Shown here in pieces: positions 27,995 to 36,311 of a stretch of 64,000 nucleotides of DNA; the stretch's first letter is position 1; each line of letters opens with the position of its first letter. The stretch lies in NCBI GenBank assembly GCA_041390685.1, contig JAWKPL010000001.1, positions 2,545,269 to 2,609,268 on the forward strand. Direction: 5' to 3'. Under the pieces are notes generated by a model. That model had not been told where the DNA came from, made no database searches, and was given only the letters and a program-made list of their open reading frames with translations. The stretch comes from Dehalococcoidia bacterium (GTDB lineage: Bacteria > Chloroflexota > Dehalococcoidia > UBA2979). The position numbers and the translations under genes were made by a program.

Positions 27995-28891
27995 TTAGTC
28001 CGGCAGGCTCGCCCCCGTGAGGAGGCGGTACGCTTCGCGATAGCGCTCGGAGGTCGCCTGCACCACCTCGGACGGCAGGTCCGGCGCCGGCGGCCGCTTC
28101 GCCCACCCCGACGCCGTCAGCCAGTCGCGCAGTGGCTGCTTGTCGAACGACGGCTGGTCGCGCCCCGGCTGGTACTGGTCCACGGGCCAGAACCGTGAGG
28201 AGTCCGGCGTCAGCGCCTCGTCGATCAGCGTCACTTCGCCGTCCAGCATCCCGAACTCGAACTTCGTGTCCGCGATGATGATCCCGCGCTCCAGCGCCAC
28301 CTCCGCCGCGTAGCGGTACAGCGCCAGCGACCGCAGCCGCATCACGTGCGCGCGGTCCGGCCCCACCAGCGCCTCGACGTCCGCATAGCTGATGGGCTCG
28401 TCGTGCTCCCCCACGGCGGCCTTCGAGGATGGCGTGAAGATCGGCTCGAACAGCCGGTCGCTCTGCACCAGCCCCGGCGGCAGCTCCACGCCGCTCACCC
28501 GCCCCGTCGCGTGGTAGTCCGCCCACCCCGACCCCGCGAGGTAGCCCCGCACCACGCACTCCACGGGCAGCGGCTCCGCCTTCCGCACGACCATCGACCG
28601 TCCGAAGAACGACGCGTCCGCGTCCGCCCCCAGCGCCGAGGCGTTCGACGCCTCGAGCACCGCGACCATGTGGTTTGGCACCACCGCCGCCGTGCGGTCG
28701 AACCAGTACGCCGACAGCCGCGTCAGCACCTCCCCCTTCCGAGGGATGCCCTGCGGCATCACGACGTCGAAGGCCGAGATGCGGTCCGTCGCCACCATCA
28801 GCATCCGGTCGCCCGGCAGCTCGTACAGGTCGCGCACCTTGCCGCGATGCAGCAGCCCCGGCCGCTCCGTCGTCAGCAGCACCTCGCTCAT
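27995..28891 (-). CDS. purC: phosphoribosylaminoimidazole-succinocarboxamide synthase
   Basis: 298 aa from ATG 28891 (LLHRGKVRDLYELPGDRMLMVATDRISAFD). Overlaps the purB stop. Confidence 0.9.
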   Translation of the reverse strand: MSEVLLTTERPGLLHRGKVRDLYELPGDRMLMVATDRISAFDVVMPQGIPRKGEVLTRLSAYWFDRTAAVVPNHMVAVLEASNASALGADADASFFGRSMVVRKAEPLPVECVVRGYLAGSGWADYHATGRVSGVELPPGLVQSDRLFEPIFTPSSKAAVGEHDEPISYADVEALVGPDRAHVMRLRSLALYRYAAEVALERGIIIADTKFEFGMLDGEVTLIDEALTPDSSRFWPVDQYQPGRDQPSFDKQPLRDWLTASGWAKRPPAPDLPSEVVQATSERYREAYRLLTGASLPD

Positions 28892-30189
28892 CGCGGCAGC
28901 AGTCCGATGCGCCGGAACGACTCGTCGACGTGCACGAGGTACGCCCCGTAGTCGAAGACCGCGTCCAGTCGCGCGGCGTCGAGGCGCTCGGTCACCTCGG
29001 GGTCCCCCTCGAGCAGCCCGCGCAGCGGCGTCTGCTGCTCCCACGCCGTCATTGAGTGTCGCTGCACGATCTGGTACGCCGCCTCGCGCGTCAGCCCCGT
29101 CTCGATGAGCGCGAGCAGCACCTTCTGCGAGAACACGAGCCCCTGCGTCCGCTCGAGGTTCGCGCGCATCCGCGGCGGGTACACCACCAGGCCATCCATG
29201 ACCCCGGTGAAGATGTGCAGCATGTACGCGAGCAGCCCGGTCGCGTCGGGGAGGATGATGCGCTCCGCCCCCGAGTGCGAGATGTCCCGCTCGTGCCACA
29301 GCGCCACGTTCTCGAGGCCCGTCACCGCGTACCCGCGCAGCGTCCGCGCCAGCCCGCACACGCGCTCGCACAGCTCCGGGTTCCGCTTGTGCGGCATCGA
29401 GGACGACCCGGTCTGGCCCGCCTCGAACGGCTCCTCGGCCTCGAGGATCTCCGTGCGCTGGAGCCCTCGAATCTCCGTCGCGAACTTCTCGAGCGAGGCC
29501 CCCACGCCCGCGAGCACCGCGAGGAAGTGCGCGTGTCGGTCGCGCTGGATGATCTGCGTCGTCACTTCCGCCACCGCTAGCCCGAGGTGCGCGCACGCCT
29601 GCTCCTCGACGGCCGGGGGCACTGTGGCGTGCGTTCCCACCGGGCCGGACATCTGCCCCACGGCCACGGTCGCGCGCGCCTGGCGCAGGCGCTCCTCGTG
29701 CCGCGCGATCTCTGCCACCCACACCGCGAGCTTGAGCCCGAACGTCGTCGGTTCGGCGTGCACGCCGTGCGTCCGTCCGACGCAGATCGTGTCTTTGTGC
29801 TCCACCGCCCGCCGTCCGACGACCTCGCGCAGCCGCGCCAATTGCCCGAGCAACAGGTCGGTCGCGGCCACCAGTTGGAGGCTCGTCGCCGTGTCCCACA
29901 CGTCCGAGGACGTCAGCCCGAGGTGCACCCACCTCGATTCCGGCCCCAGCGAGTCCGCCACCGATCGCAGGAACGCGGTCACGTCGTGGTGCGTCTCCGC
30001 GATGTAGCGGTCGATGTCGCCGATGTCGATCCGTGCGTTCGAGGCGATCAGCCGCGCATCCTCGGCGGGTACGACGCCCGCATCCGCCCACGCCTGCACG
30101 ACCGCGATCTCGACGTCCAGCCAGCGCTGGAACTTGAACTCGTCCGCCCAGATCGCCGTCATCTCCGGACGGCTGTATCGAGGAATCAC
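28888..30189 (-). CDS. purB: adenylosuccinate lyase
   Basis: 433 aa (MIPRYSRPEMTAIWADEFKFQRWLDVEIAVVQAW..., SSMPHKRNP fumarate-lyase signature). Confidence 0.95.
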   Translation of the reverse strand: MIPRYSRPEMTAIWADEFKFQRWLDVEIAVVQAWADAGVVPAEDARLIASNARIDIGDIDRYIAETHHDVTAFLRSVADSLGPESRWVHLGLTSSDVWDTATSLQLVAATDLLLGQLARLREVVGRRAVEHKDTICVGRTHGVHAEPTTFGLKLAVWVAEIARHEERLRQARATVAVGQMSGPVGTHATVPPAVEEQACAHLGLAVAEVTTQIIQRDRHAHFLAVLAGVGASLEKFATEIRGLQRTEILEAEEPFEAGQTGSSSMPHKRNPELCERVCGLARTLRGYAVTGLENVALWHERDISHSGAERIILPDATGLLAYMLHIFTGVMDGLVVYPPRMRANLERTQGLVFSQKVLLALIETGLTREAAYQIVQRHSMTAWEQQTPLRGLLEGDPEVTERLDAARLDAVFDYGAYLVHVDESFRRIGLLPR

Positions 30190-30530
30190 GGGGCGTCGTC
30201 CACGAAGTCGTCGCGCACCGGCGAGAACACTTCGATGAGGATCGCCGCGTCGACTGCTTCGACATAATGCGGGAGCCCGCTCGGGATCAGGTACGAGTCC
30301 CCCGCCTCGAGCTCGAACTCCTCGCTCCCGATGCGGAAGCGCACCTGCCCGGCCGCCACGTGCCCCGCCTGCTCGTGCGGGTGCGTGTGCTCGGGCACGT
30401 TCGACCCCGGCGCGATGCGGATCTCCACCATCGTCAGCCGCTCACCCGAGGCCAGCGTGCGCCGCACGACGCCGGGGAAGGCGTCGTGCACGGGCACCGC
30501 CGCGTACGTCTTCGTCCGAAACTCGCTCAT
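30186..30530 (-). CDS. cupin domain protein
   Basis: 114 aa with cupin His motifs (GSNVPEHTHPHEQAGHVAAGQV...PSGLPHYVEA). Confidence 0.7.
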   Translation of the reverse strand: MSEFRTKTYAAVPVHDAFPGVVRRTLASGERLTMVEIRIAPGSNVPEHTHPHEQAGHVAAGQVRFRIGSEEFELEAGDSYLIPSGLPHYVEAVDAAILIEVFSPVRDDFVDDAP

Positions 30531-30916
30531 CCTGCCGCCAGTCTGCTCACCATCGGGTCCGGCCCGATGAGTATCTGCGCCAGTTCGCGGCTCACCGCGT
30601 CCCGCTCATGTTGGTCGCCGAACAGCGCCACGCCGTCCACGACGCGCGCGAACGCCGCGATCGCCCCCTCGATGCGCTCCCGGTGCGCCTCGAGGAGAGC
30701 GCGCGGGATCTCCGGCGGCCGCACGTTGCGGATCACCAGCTCCCGGTTTCCCTCGAGCGCGTGCAGCACCTCGAGGCCCATCGACTCGCGCCCCTCGCCC
30801 CACGCCGCAATGAAGTGCAGGCACGGCGCCGAGGCCGGTTGCTCCGGCCACGCCGGCAGCGCATCGAGGTCAGTCGACCGCCGGCACTCCCGCATCGGGC
30901 ACCGCACCGAGGTCAC
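30527..30916 (-). CDS. hypothetical protein
   Basis: 129 aa, no recognised motif. Overlapping start/stop with neighbours (operonic). Confidence 0.4.
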   Translation of the reverse strand: MTSVRCPMRECRRSTDLDALPAWPEQPASAPCLHFIAAWGEGRESMGLEVLHALEGNRELVIRNVRPPEIPRALLEAHRERIEGAIAAFARVVDGVALFGDQHERDAVSRELAQILIGPDPMVSRLAAG

Positions 30917-31149
30917 TGCGTACTCGCCGGCTGCGGAACCGAACGGATCGCCTCCGCGATCGCTCCGGCATCGGGCAACCCCTCGAGATGCACGCCGCGA
31001 CTCACGAACAGGAACTCGACGCCGACAACCCCCTGGTCGCCGCGGTCCAGCACTCGCTGTTCATCAATCCGCGTCGAGGTGATCCGGCCCGACTTCGGTC
31101 GAAACCGCACGTACATCGCGTCGGATTCCTGGTCGTAGCTCACCTGCAT
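30913..31149 (-). CDS. DUF2283 family protein (putative antitoxin-like partner)
   Basis: 78 aa. MQVSYDQESDAMYVRFRPKSGRITSTRIDEQRVLD matches the DUF2283 pattern M.I.YD.E.D.LYI.F. Confidence 0.6.
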   Translation of the reverse strand: MQVSYDQESDAMYVRFRPKSGRITSTRIDEQRVLDRGDQGVVGVEFLFVSRGVHLEGLPDAGAIAEAIRSVPQPASTQ

Positions 31150-31156
31150 CGTTGAC

Positions 31157-31354
31157 TCACCGGTGCGGCGGTTCCGAGTCGCGGACGACGATCACGTGCA
31201 ACGCTCGCCCACCAACGATTCCATCGTATTCGACCGCTGTTTCGCCGGGCGTCACGGTATGAGGTGAAGCGATGACAGCCGCTGCCTCGTCCACGGTGAT
31301 TTCGTCGTCCATCTTGTCGAGGGCGTGACTCGTGTACCGGACGGGTAAGGTCAT
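31157..31354 (-). CDS. DUF4258 family protein (putative toxin-like partner)
   Basis: 65 aa from ATG 31354 (MTLPVRYTSHALDKMDDEITVDEAAAVIASPH...). DUF4258 typically pairs with DUF2283. Overlaps the purD 3' end by 4 nt. Confidence 0.55.
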   Translation of the reverse strand: MTLPVRYTSHALDKMDDEITVDEAAAVIASPHTVTPGETAVEYDGIVGGRALHVIVVRDSEPPHR

Positions 31355-32640
31355 TTCGCATGCACGGCATCTTCCGCGGTCGCCCCGATGTCCGTTCGGT
31401 AGTGCATCCCCTCGAAGCGAATGCGCCGCACGTTGTCGTATGCCCGCGCCCGTGCGTCGGCGACCGTCGCACCGCTCGCCACGACGCACAGCACCCGCCC
31501 GCCCGAGGTGCGCAGCACCCCGGCGTCGTCGCGCTTCGCCCCCGCGAGGAACACCTGTACGTCCGCGTCGACGTCCCCAACGCCTTCGATGGGGAAGCCC
31601 GTCTCGTACGCCCCCGGGTAGCCCCCCGAGGCCAGCACGACGCCCACTGTCGCCGCCCCGCTCCACTCGACCGGCACGTCCGCCAGCCGCCCGTGCGCGA
31701 CCGCATCGCAGATCGCGAGGAGGTCCGACTGCAGTCGAGGCAGCAGCACCTCCGTCTCCGGGTCGCCGAAGCGGCAGTTGAACTCCACCACCCGCGGCCC
31801 CGCGTCGGTCACCATCATCCCCGGGTACAGCACCCCTCGATATGGCCGCCCCGCGGCCGCCATCGCCCGCACGGTCGCCTCGGTCACCTCGCGCTCGATG
31901 AACGAGGCGTACTCGGCGCTCAGCCAGCCCGGCGGCGAATACACGCCCATCCCCCCGGTGTTCGGTCCGAGGTTGCCGTCGAACACCGGCTTGTGGTCGC
32001 ACGAGAACGGCATGTGCCGCACCGTCACGCCATCCGAGAACGCATGCGCCGAGGTCTCCGGCCCCCGCATCCGCTCCTCGATCACGACGCGCGCGCCGGC
32101 GTCCCCGAACGCTCGCCCGACCATCGTCTCGTCGATCGCCGCGAGGGCCTGCGCCACGTCGTCGCACACCGTGACGCCCTTCCCGAGCGCCAGCCCGTCC
32201 GCCTTCACCACACACGGCCCGCCGAGGGCTTCGACGTACTGTCTGGCCTCCGCCGCGTCCTCGAACACGCGCGACTCGGCGGTCGGGATGCCCGCGTCCC
32301 GCATGACCTGCTTCGCGAACGACTTCGACCATTCGAGTTTCGCCGCCGCCCTGGTGGGCCCGAACGCCGCGATCCCCGCGGCAGCCAGCGCATCGACGAC
32401 GCCCGCCGCAAGCGGGTCGTCCGGCGCCACGATCACGAGGTCCGCGCGCACCCGCTGCGCCAGCGCCACGACCCCCTCGACGTCCGTCGCGCGCACCTCG
32501 ACGTTCTCGCCAAGCTCCGCCGTCCCGGCGTTCCCCGGCGCAATCCACAGCTTCCCGAGCATCGAGGACAGCGCGAGCTTCCACGCAATCGCGTGCTCCC
32601 GCCCGCCCGACCCGAGGAGGACGACGTTGAGGGCAGTCAT
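31351..32640 (-). CDS. purD: phosphoribosylamine--glycine ligase
   Basis: 429 aa (MTALNVVLLGSGGREHAIAWKLA, ATP-grasp core). Confidence 0.95.
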   Translation of the reverse strand: MTALNVVLLGSGGREHAIAWKLALSSMLGKLWIAPGNAGTAELGENVEVRATDVEGVVALAQRVRADLVIVAPDDPLAAGVVDALAAAGIAAFGPTRAAAKLEWSKSFAKQVMRDAGIPTAESRVFEDAAEARQYVEALGGPCVVKADGLALGKGVTVCDDVAQALAAIDETMVGRAFGDAGARVVIEERMRGPETSAHAFSDGVTVRHMPFSCDHKPVFDGNLGPNTGGMGVYSPPGWLSAEYASFIEREVTEATVRAMAAAGRPYRGVLYPGMMVTDAGPRVVEFNCRFGDPETEVLLPRLQSDLLAICDAVAHGRLADVPVEWSGAATVGVVLASGGYPGAYETGFPIEGVGDVDADVQVFLAGAKRDDAGVLRTSGGRVLCVVASGATVADARARAYDNVRRIRFEGMHYRTDIGATAEDAVHAK

Positions 32641-33344
32641 ACTTCAAGCTCGGTTAAGCGGTCAGCGAGATCGCTAAGAGCTTTTCGAATTGCGTGTCTG
32701 GGCAGCGCAAAAACAAAGCGCCGCGTTCTGCCGGTTGTAACCACCGCGTCGCGGTAGTGCTGATTTCCGTAGGAAATCTTGTGGGTTTCAATGCTGGGAC
32801 GAGATCCGAAATGGTCTAGTACTGGGTACCAAGTGGATTCGCTGCTTCCTAGGAGCACCAGGACACGCGGCTTCACAATCCGTATTAGCTCAATACCGAT
32901 AGGCATTCCAGAGCAGAATAGATCTCTTGGTAACTTGTCTACGGATGATGATCGAAATGGGATTACGTTTCCCGTGGGTGAATTCCGAAGAAGTTGCTCG
33001 CCTGTCTTAGTGCGCCCACCTGCGAGCCCGTAAGTTTCGGCTACGTCATACGCTACCTTTTGTAGGGGATACTGACCGCGTGGCCTGCCTGACCAACACT
33101 CATCGAGAAACGCAGAGTACGGCTTCCTTCTCGTTCGGTAGGGCTTCCCAGGATCTTTCGGATCGGCGTTGTCAGGATCTCCGCCAGGATTGATCCCTAG
33201 TAGCATGAAGTCGTGTGACATAAACGTACTTGGGTGAGAATAAATGAGACGGTACCCTTTTGCTGGATCAGCAACATCTCTCGTACTCAGAATCGAGAGA
33301 CACTTTCGATCGAGCGCTCTCAATTGGCTTTCCACCGAGAACAT
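32637..33344 (-). CDS. uracil-DNA glycosylase superfamily protein (MUG/HDG-like, GINPG motif)
   Basis: 235 aa from ATG 33344 (MFSVESQLRAL...). Motif FMLLGINPGGDP resembles the family-2/6 UDG motif-1 (G-I-N-P-G). GC is visibly lower (about 50%) than flanking genes. Confidence 0.45.
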   Translation of the reverse strand: MFSVESQLRALDRKCLSILSTRDVADPAKGYRLIYSHPSTFMSHDFMLLGINPGGDPDNADPKDPGKPYRTRRKPYSAFLDECWSGRPRGQYPLQKVAYDVAETYGLAGGRTKTGEQLLRNSPTGNVIPFRSSSVDKLPRDLFCSGMPIGIELIRIVKPRVLVLLGSSESTWYPVLDHFGSRPSIETHKISYGNQHYRDAVVTTGRTRRFVFALPRHAIRKALSDLADRLTELEV

Positions 33345-33352
33345 CGCAGCCG

Positions 33353-35020
33353 TCACTCCCACTCGATGGTGCCGGGCGGCTTCGAGGTGATGTCGTACAC
33401 CACCCGGTTCACCCCCGGCACCTCGTTCACGATCCGCGTCGAGATCCGCCCCAGGAGGTCGTACGGTAGCCGCGCCCAGTCCGCCGTCATCGCGTCCTCG
33501 GCGGTCACGCACCGCAGCGCCACGCAGTAGCCGTACGTGCGGAAGTCGCCCTGCACGCCCACTGTCTTCGTGTCCGTGAGCACCGCGAACGACTGCCAGA
33601 GGTCGTAGTACAGCGCCGCGTTCCGGATCTCGTCCATCACGATCCAGTCCGCCGCCCGCAGGATGTCGAGCTTCTCCCGCGTCACCTCGCCGATGACGCG
33701 GATCGCGAGGCCGGGACCGGGGAACGGCTGCCGGTACACCATCTCGTCGGGTAGCCCCAGCTCTTTGCCCACCCGCCGCACCTCGTCCTTGAACAGGTTG
33801 CGCAGCGGCTCGATGAGCGTGAACTGCATGTCCTTCGGCAGCCCGCCGACGTTGTGATGCGTTTTGATCTTCGCCGCCGCGCTGCTCCCCGTGGACGCCG
33901 ATTCGATGACGTCCGGGTACGTCGTCCCCTGGCAGATGAAGTCGACCGTGCCGAGGTGTGTCGCTTCCGCCTCGAAGACGCGGATGAACGTCTCGCCGAT
34001 CCGCTTGCGTTTGGTTTCAGGCGCCGTCACCTCTGCCAGCTCGGACATAAACCGGTCGGTCGAGTCGACATGGATGAGGTTCATCGACATGTGCTGCCGG
34101 AACGTGCTCACGACGCGTTCCGCCTCGCCGAGGCGCAGCAGCCCGTTGTCGACGAAGATGCACGTCAGCTGGTCGCCAATCGCCCGATGTACCAGCGTCG
34201 CCGCCACGGCCGAGTCGACCCCGCCCGACAGCGCACAGATGACCTTGCCGTCGCCCACGCGCTCGCGGATGTGCTCCACCGACTCCTCGATGAAGTTCGA
34301 CGCGGTCCAGTCGCCGCTGCACCCCGCGACGTCGAGCACGAAGTTGCGGATCAGCTGGTCGCCCTGCGGCGTGTGCACCACCTCCGGGTGGAACTGGATC
34401 CCGAGGTGTCCTCCGGCGTCCGCCATCACCGCCACCGGCGACGACTCCGACTGCGCGATCGAGCGGAACCCCGGCGGCAGTTCCGCGACGTGGTCGCCGT
34501 GCGACATCCAGACGGGCATCGAGGACGGCAGCCCCCGCAGCAGCGGGTTCGAGCTGTCAGACAGCGTGATCACGGCGTGCCCGTACTCCCGCACCGAGGC
34601 CGGCACGACCCGCCCGCCGAGCGTGTGCGCCAGCAGCTGCATCCCGTAGCAGATGCCTAGCACCGGCAGCTTCGAGGCGATCACGTACGGGGACAGCGTC
34701 GGCGCGCCCTCCTCGTACACGGAGGCCGGTCCGCCCGACAGCACGAATCCCTTCACGCGCAGGTGGTTCAGGTCCTCGGGCTTCGTGTCCCACGGCACCA
34801 GCTCCGAGTACACGCCGGCCTCGCGGATACGCCGCGCGATCAGCATCGAGAACTGCGACCCGTAGTCGAGGACCACGATCGCCTCGGGCGCGTTCGGGGC
34901 GGGCGTGAAGATCTGGCCGGGCTCCCGGTCGGACGCGATCTCGAGATACGTCCCGACCTCGCTGTCGCCGGAAGCGCGAATCCTGGGAGGCGCGCCTGCT
35001 GCCTCGTTGCTGTCAGTCAT
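33353..35020 (-). CDS. guaA: GMP synthase (glutamine-hydrolysing)
   Basis: About 555 aa from ATG 35020. GATase1 ([39 protein letters not shown]) and ATP-PPase ([10 protein letters not shown]) domains. 45-aa non-conserved N-terminal leader. Confidence 0.9.
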   Translation of the reverse strand: MTDSNEAAGAPPRIRASGDSEVGTYLEIASDREPGQIFTPAPNAPEAIVVLDYGSQFSMLIARRIREAGVYSELVPWDTKPEDLNHLRVKGFVLSGGPASVYEEGAPTLSPYVIASKLPVLGICYGMQLLAHTLGGRVVPASVREYGHAVITLSDSSNPLLRGLPSSMPVWMSHGDHVAELPPGFRSIAQSESSPVAVMADAGGHLGIQFHPEVVHTPQGDQLIRNFVLDVAGCSGDWTASNFIEESVEHIRERVGDGKVICALSGGVDSAVAATLVHRAIGDQLTCIFVDNGLLRLGEAERVVSTFRQHMSMNLIHVDSTDRFMSELAEVTAPETKRKRIGETFIRVFEAEATHLGTVDFICQGTTYPDVIESASTGSSAAAKIKTHHNVGGLPKDMQFTLIEPLRNLFKDEVRRVGKELGLPDEMVYRQPFPGPGLAIRVIGEVTREKLDILRAADWIVMDEIRNAALYYDLWQSFAVLTDTKTVGVQGDFRTYGYCVALRCVTAEDAMTADWARLPYDLLGRISTRIVNEVPGVNRVVYDITSKPPGTIEWE

Positions 35021-35122
35021 TGCGCTCGGATTCGGAGGGGAAGACGCCGCTAGGGCCGGATCGTATCGAGGCCCTATAGTGCGGTCAATGAACCCTGTAG
35101 CCACGCTCCGCGCGGTACGCCG

Positions 35123-35734
35123 GTGCCGCTGATCTCCCCCGGCCGCCTCGATGACGTCGCTCGCCTGCTCCTCGCCGGCGAGGTCGTCGCCATTCCCACC
35201 GACACCGTCTACGGCCTCGCTGCCCGTGTCGACGATCCCGAGGCCATCACCAGCCTCGCGACATTGAAGGGCCGCGACCCGCAGCAGCCAATCGCCGTCC
35301 TCTTCGACGCGCTGGAGGCGGTCGCCCCCCTCATCGACCCGCCCGAGGTATTCCACCGCCTTGCCGCGTTCTGGCCCGGCGCGCTGACCCTGATCGTCCC
35401 GGCCCGTCCGGACGCTTTCGTCCCGCTCCTCGTCCCGAGGGGTGCCATCGGCCTGCGCCAGCCCGACGACCCCCTCGCCCGCGAGCTGCTCCGCCGCTGC
35501 GGCGGCCGGCTCGCCGTCACGAGCGCGAACCTCCACGGCCAGCCCGCCGCCTCCACCGCCGCCGAGGTCATCGCCGCCTTTGGCGACGACCTCCCCGTCC
35601 TCGACGGCGGCCCCAGGGGCGACGCCGCCTCCACGGTGATCGACCTCACCGAGGCGTCGCCGCGCGTCCTCCGCGAGGGCCCCCTCACCGCCGCACAGCT
35701 CGGCCTTGCGCCGGAGAAGGAAGGGGCACCCTGA
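35123..35734 (+). CDS. tsaC: L-threonylcarbamoyladenylate synthase (YrdC/TsaC family)
   Basis: 203 aa ([31 protein letters not shown]). Confidence 0.8.
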   Translation: MPLISPGRLDDVARLLLAGEVVAIPTDTVYGLAARVDDPEAITSLATLKGRDPQQPIAVLFDALEAVAPLIDPPEVFHRLAAFWPGALTLIVPARPDAFVPLLVPRGAIGLRQPDDPLARELLRRCGGRLAVTSANLHGQPAASTAAEVIAAFGDDLPVLDGGPRGDAASTVIDLTEASPRVLREGPLTAAQLGLAPEKEGAP

Positions 35735-35865
35735 CTGTCCGGCCCCCGCCCCCGTCGGCGGAGGAGGGTAGGGGGTCCCACGCGGCCCCGCGATACCACC
35801 GAGGCCGTTGAGCCCACTTCGTGTACGATCGGGGTCAGCCCACATTCACACCGGACGAGGCAGGC

Positions 35866-36309
35866 ATGCGCATCGCGATCGGCGCCGACCACGCGGGGTT
35901 CGCGCTCAAGGAAATCCTCCGCAGGGAGCTCGAAGCCCTCGGCGACGAGGTCGCCGACTTCGGCACCCACTCTGAGGACTCGGTGGACTACCCGGACATC
36001 GCCCTCCCGCTCGCGAACTCCATCGCCCGCGCTGAGCACGACTTCGGCATCTTGATCTGCTCCAACGGCGTCGGCCCGTCCATCGCCGCGAACAAGGTCC
36101 ACGGCATCCGCGCCGCCCTCTGCCACGATGTCTTCTCCGCGAAACGTGCGCGCCAGCACACGGACGCCAACATCCTCTGCCTCGGCTCCTGGGCCATCGG
36201 CCGCGGTGCCGCCTCCGAGATCCTCCGCGCCTTCCGCGACGCCACCTTCGAGGGTGGGCGTCACCAGCGACGCGTCGACAAGATCAACGCGGTCGACCGC
36301 CCCGACTGA
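35866..36309 (+). CDS. rpiB: ribose-5-phosphate isomerase B
   Basis: 147 aa from ATG 35866 (MRIAIGADHAGFALKEIL...ICSNGVGPSIAANK). Confidence 0.9.
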   Translation: MRIAIGADHAGFALKEILRRELEALGDEVADFGTHSEDSVDYPDIALPLANSIARAEHDFGILICSNGVGPSIAANKVHGIRAALCHDVFSAKRARQHTDANILCLGSWAIGRGAASEILRAFRDATFEGGRHQRRVDKINAVDRPD

Positions 36310-36311
36310 CG

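Noticed and set aside
27995-30265. 756-aa ORF spanning purC and upstream sequence; likewise N-terminal extensions of guaA (33353-35845), the coxM-like gene (50110-52185), the CDF gene (18180-19406) and the coxL-like gene (52686)
   Set aside because: The upstream parts are Arg/Gly-rich non-homologous sequence overlapping neighbouring genes. Conserved N-termini and in-frame ATG/GTG/TTG with RBS define shorter genes.
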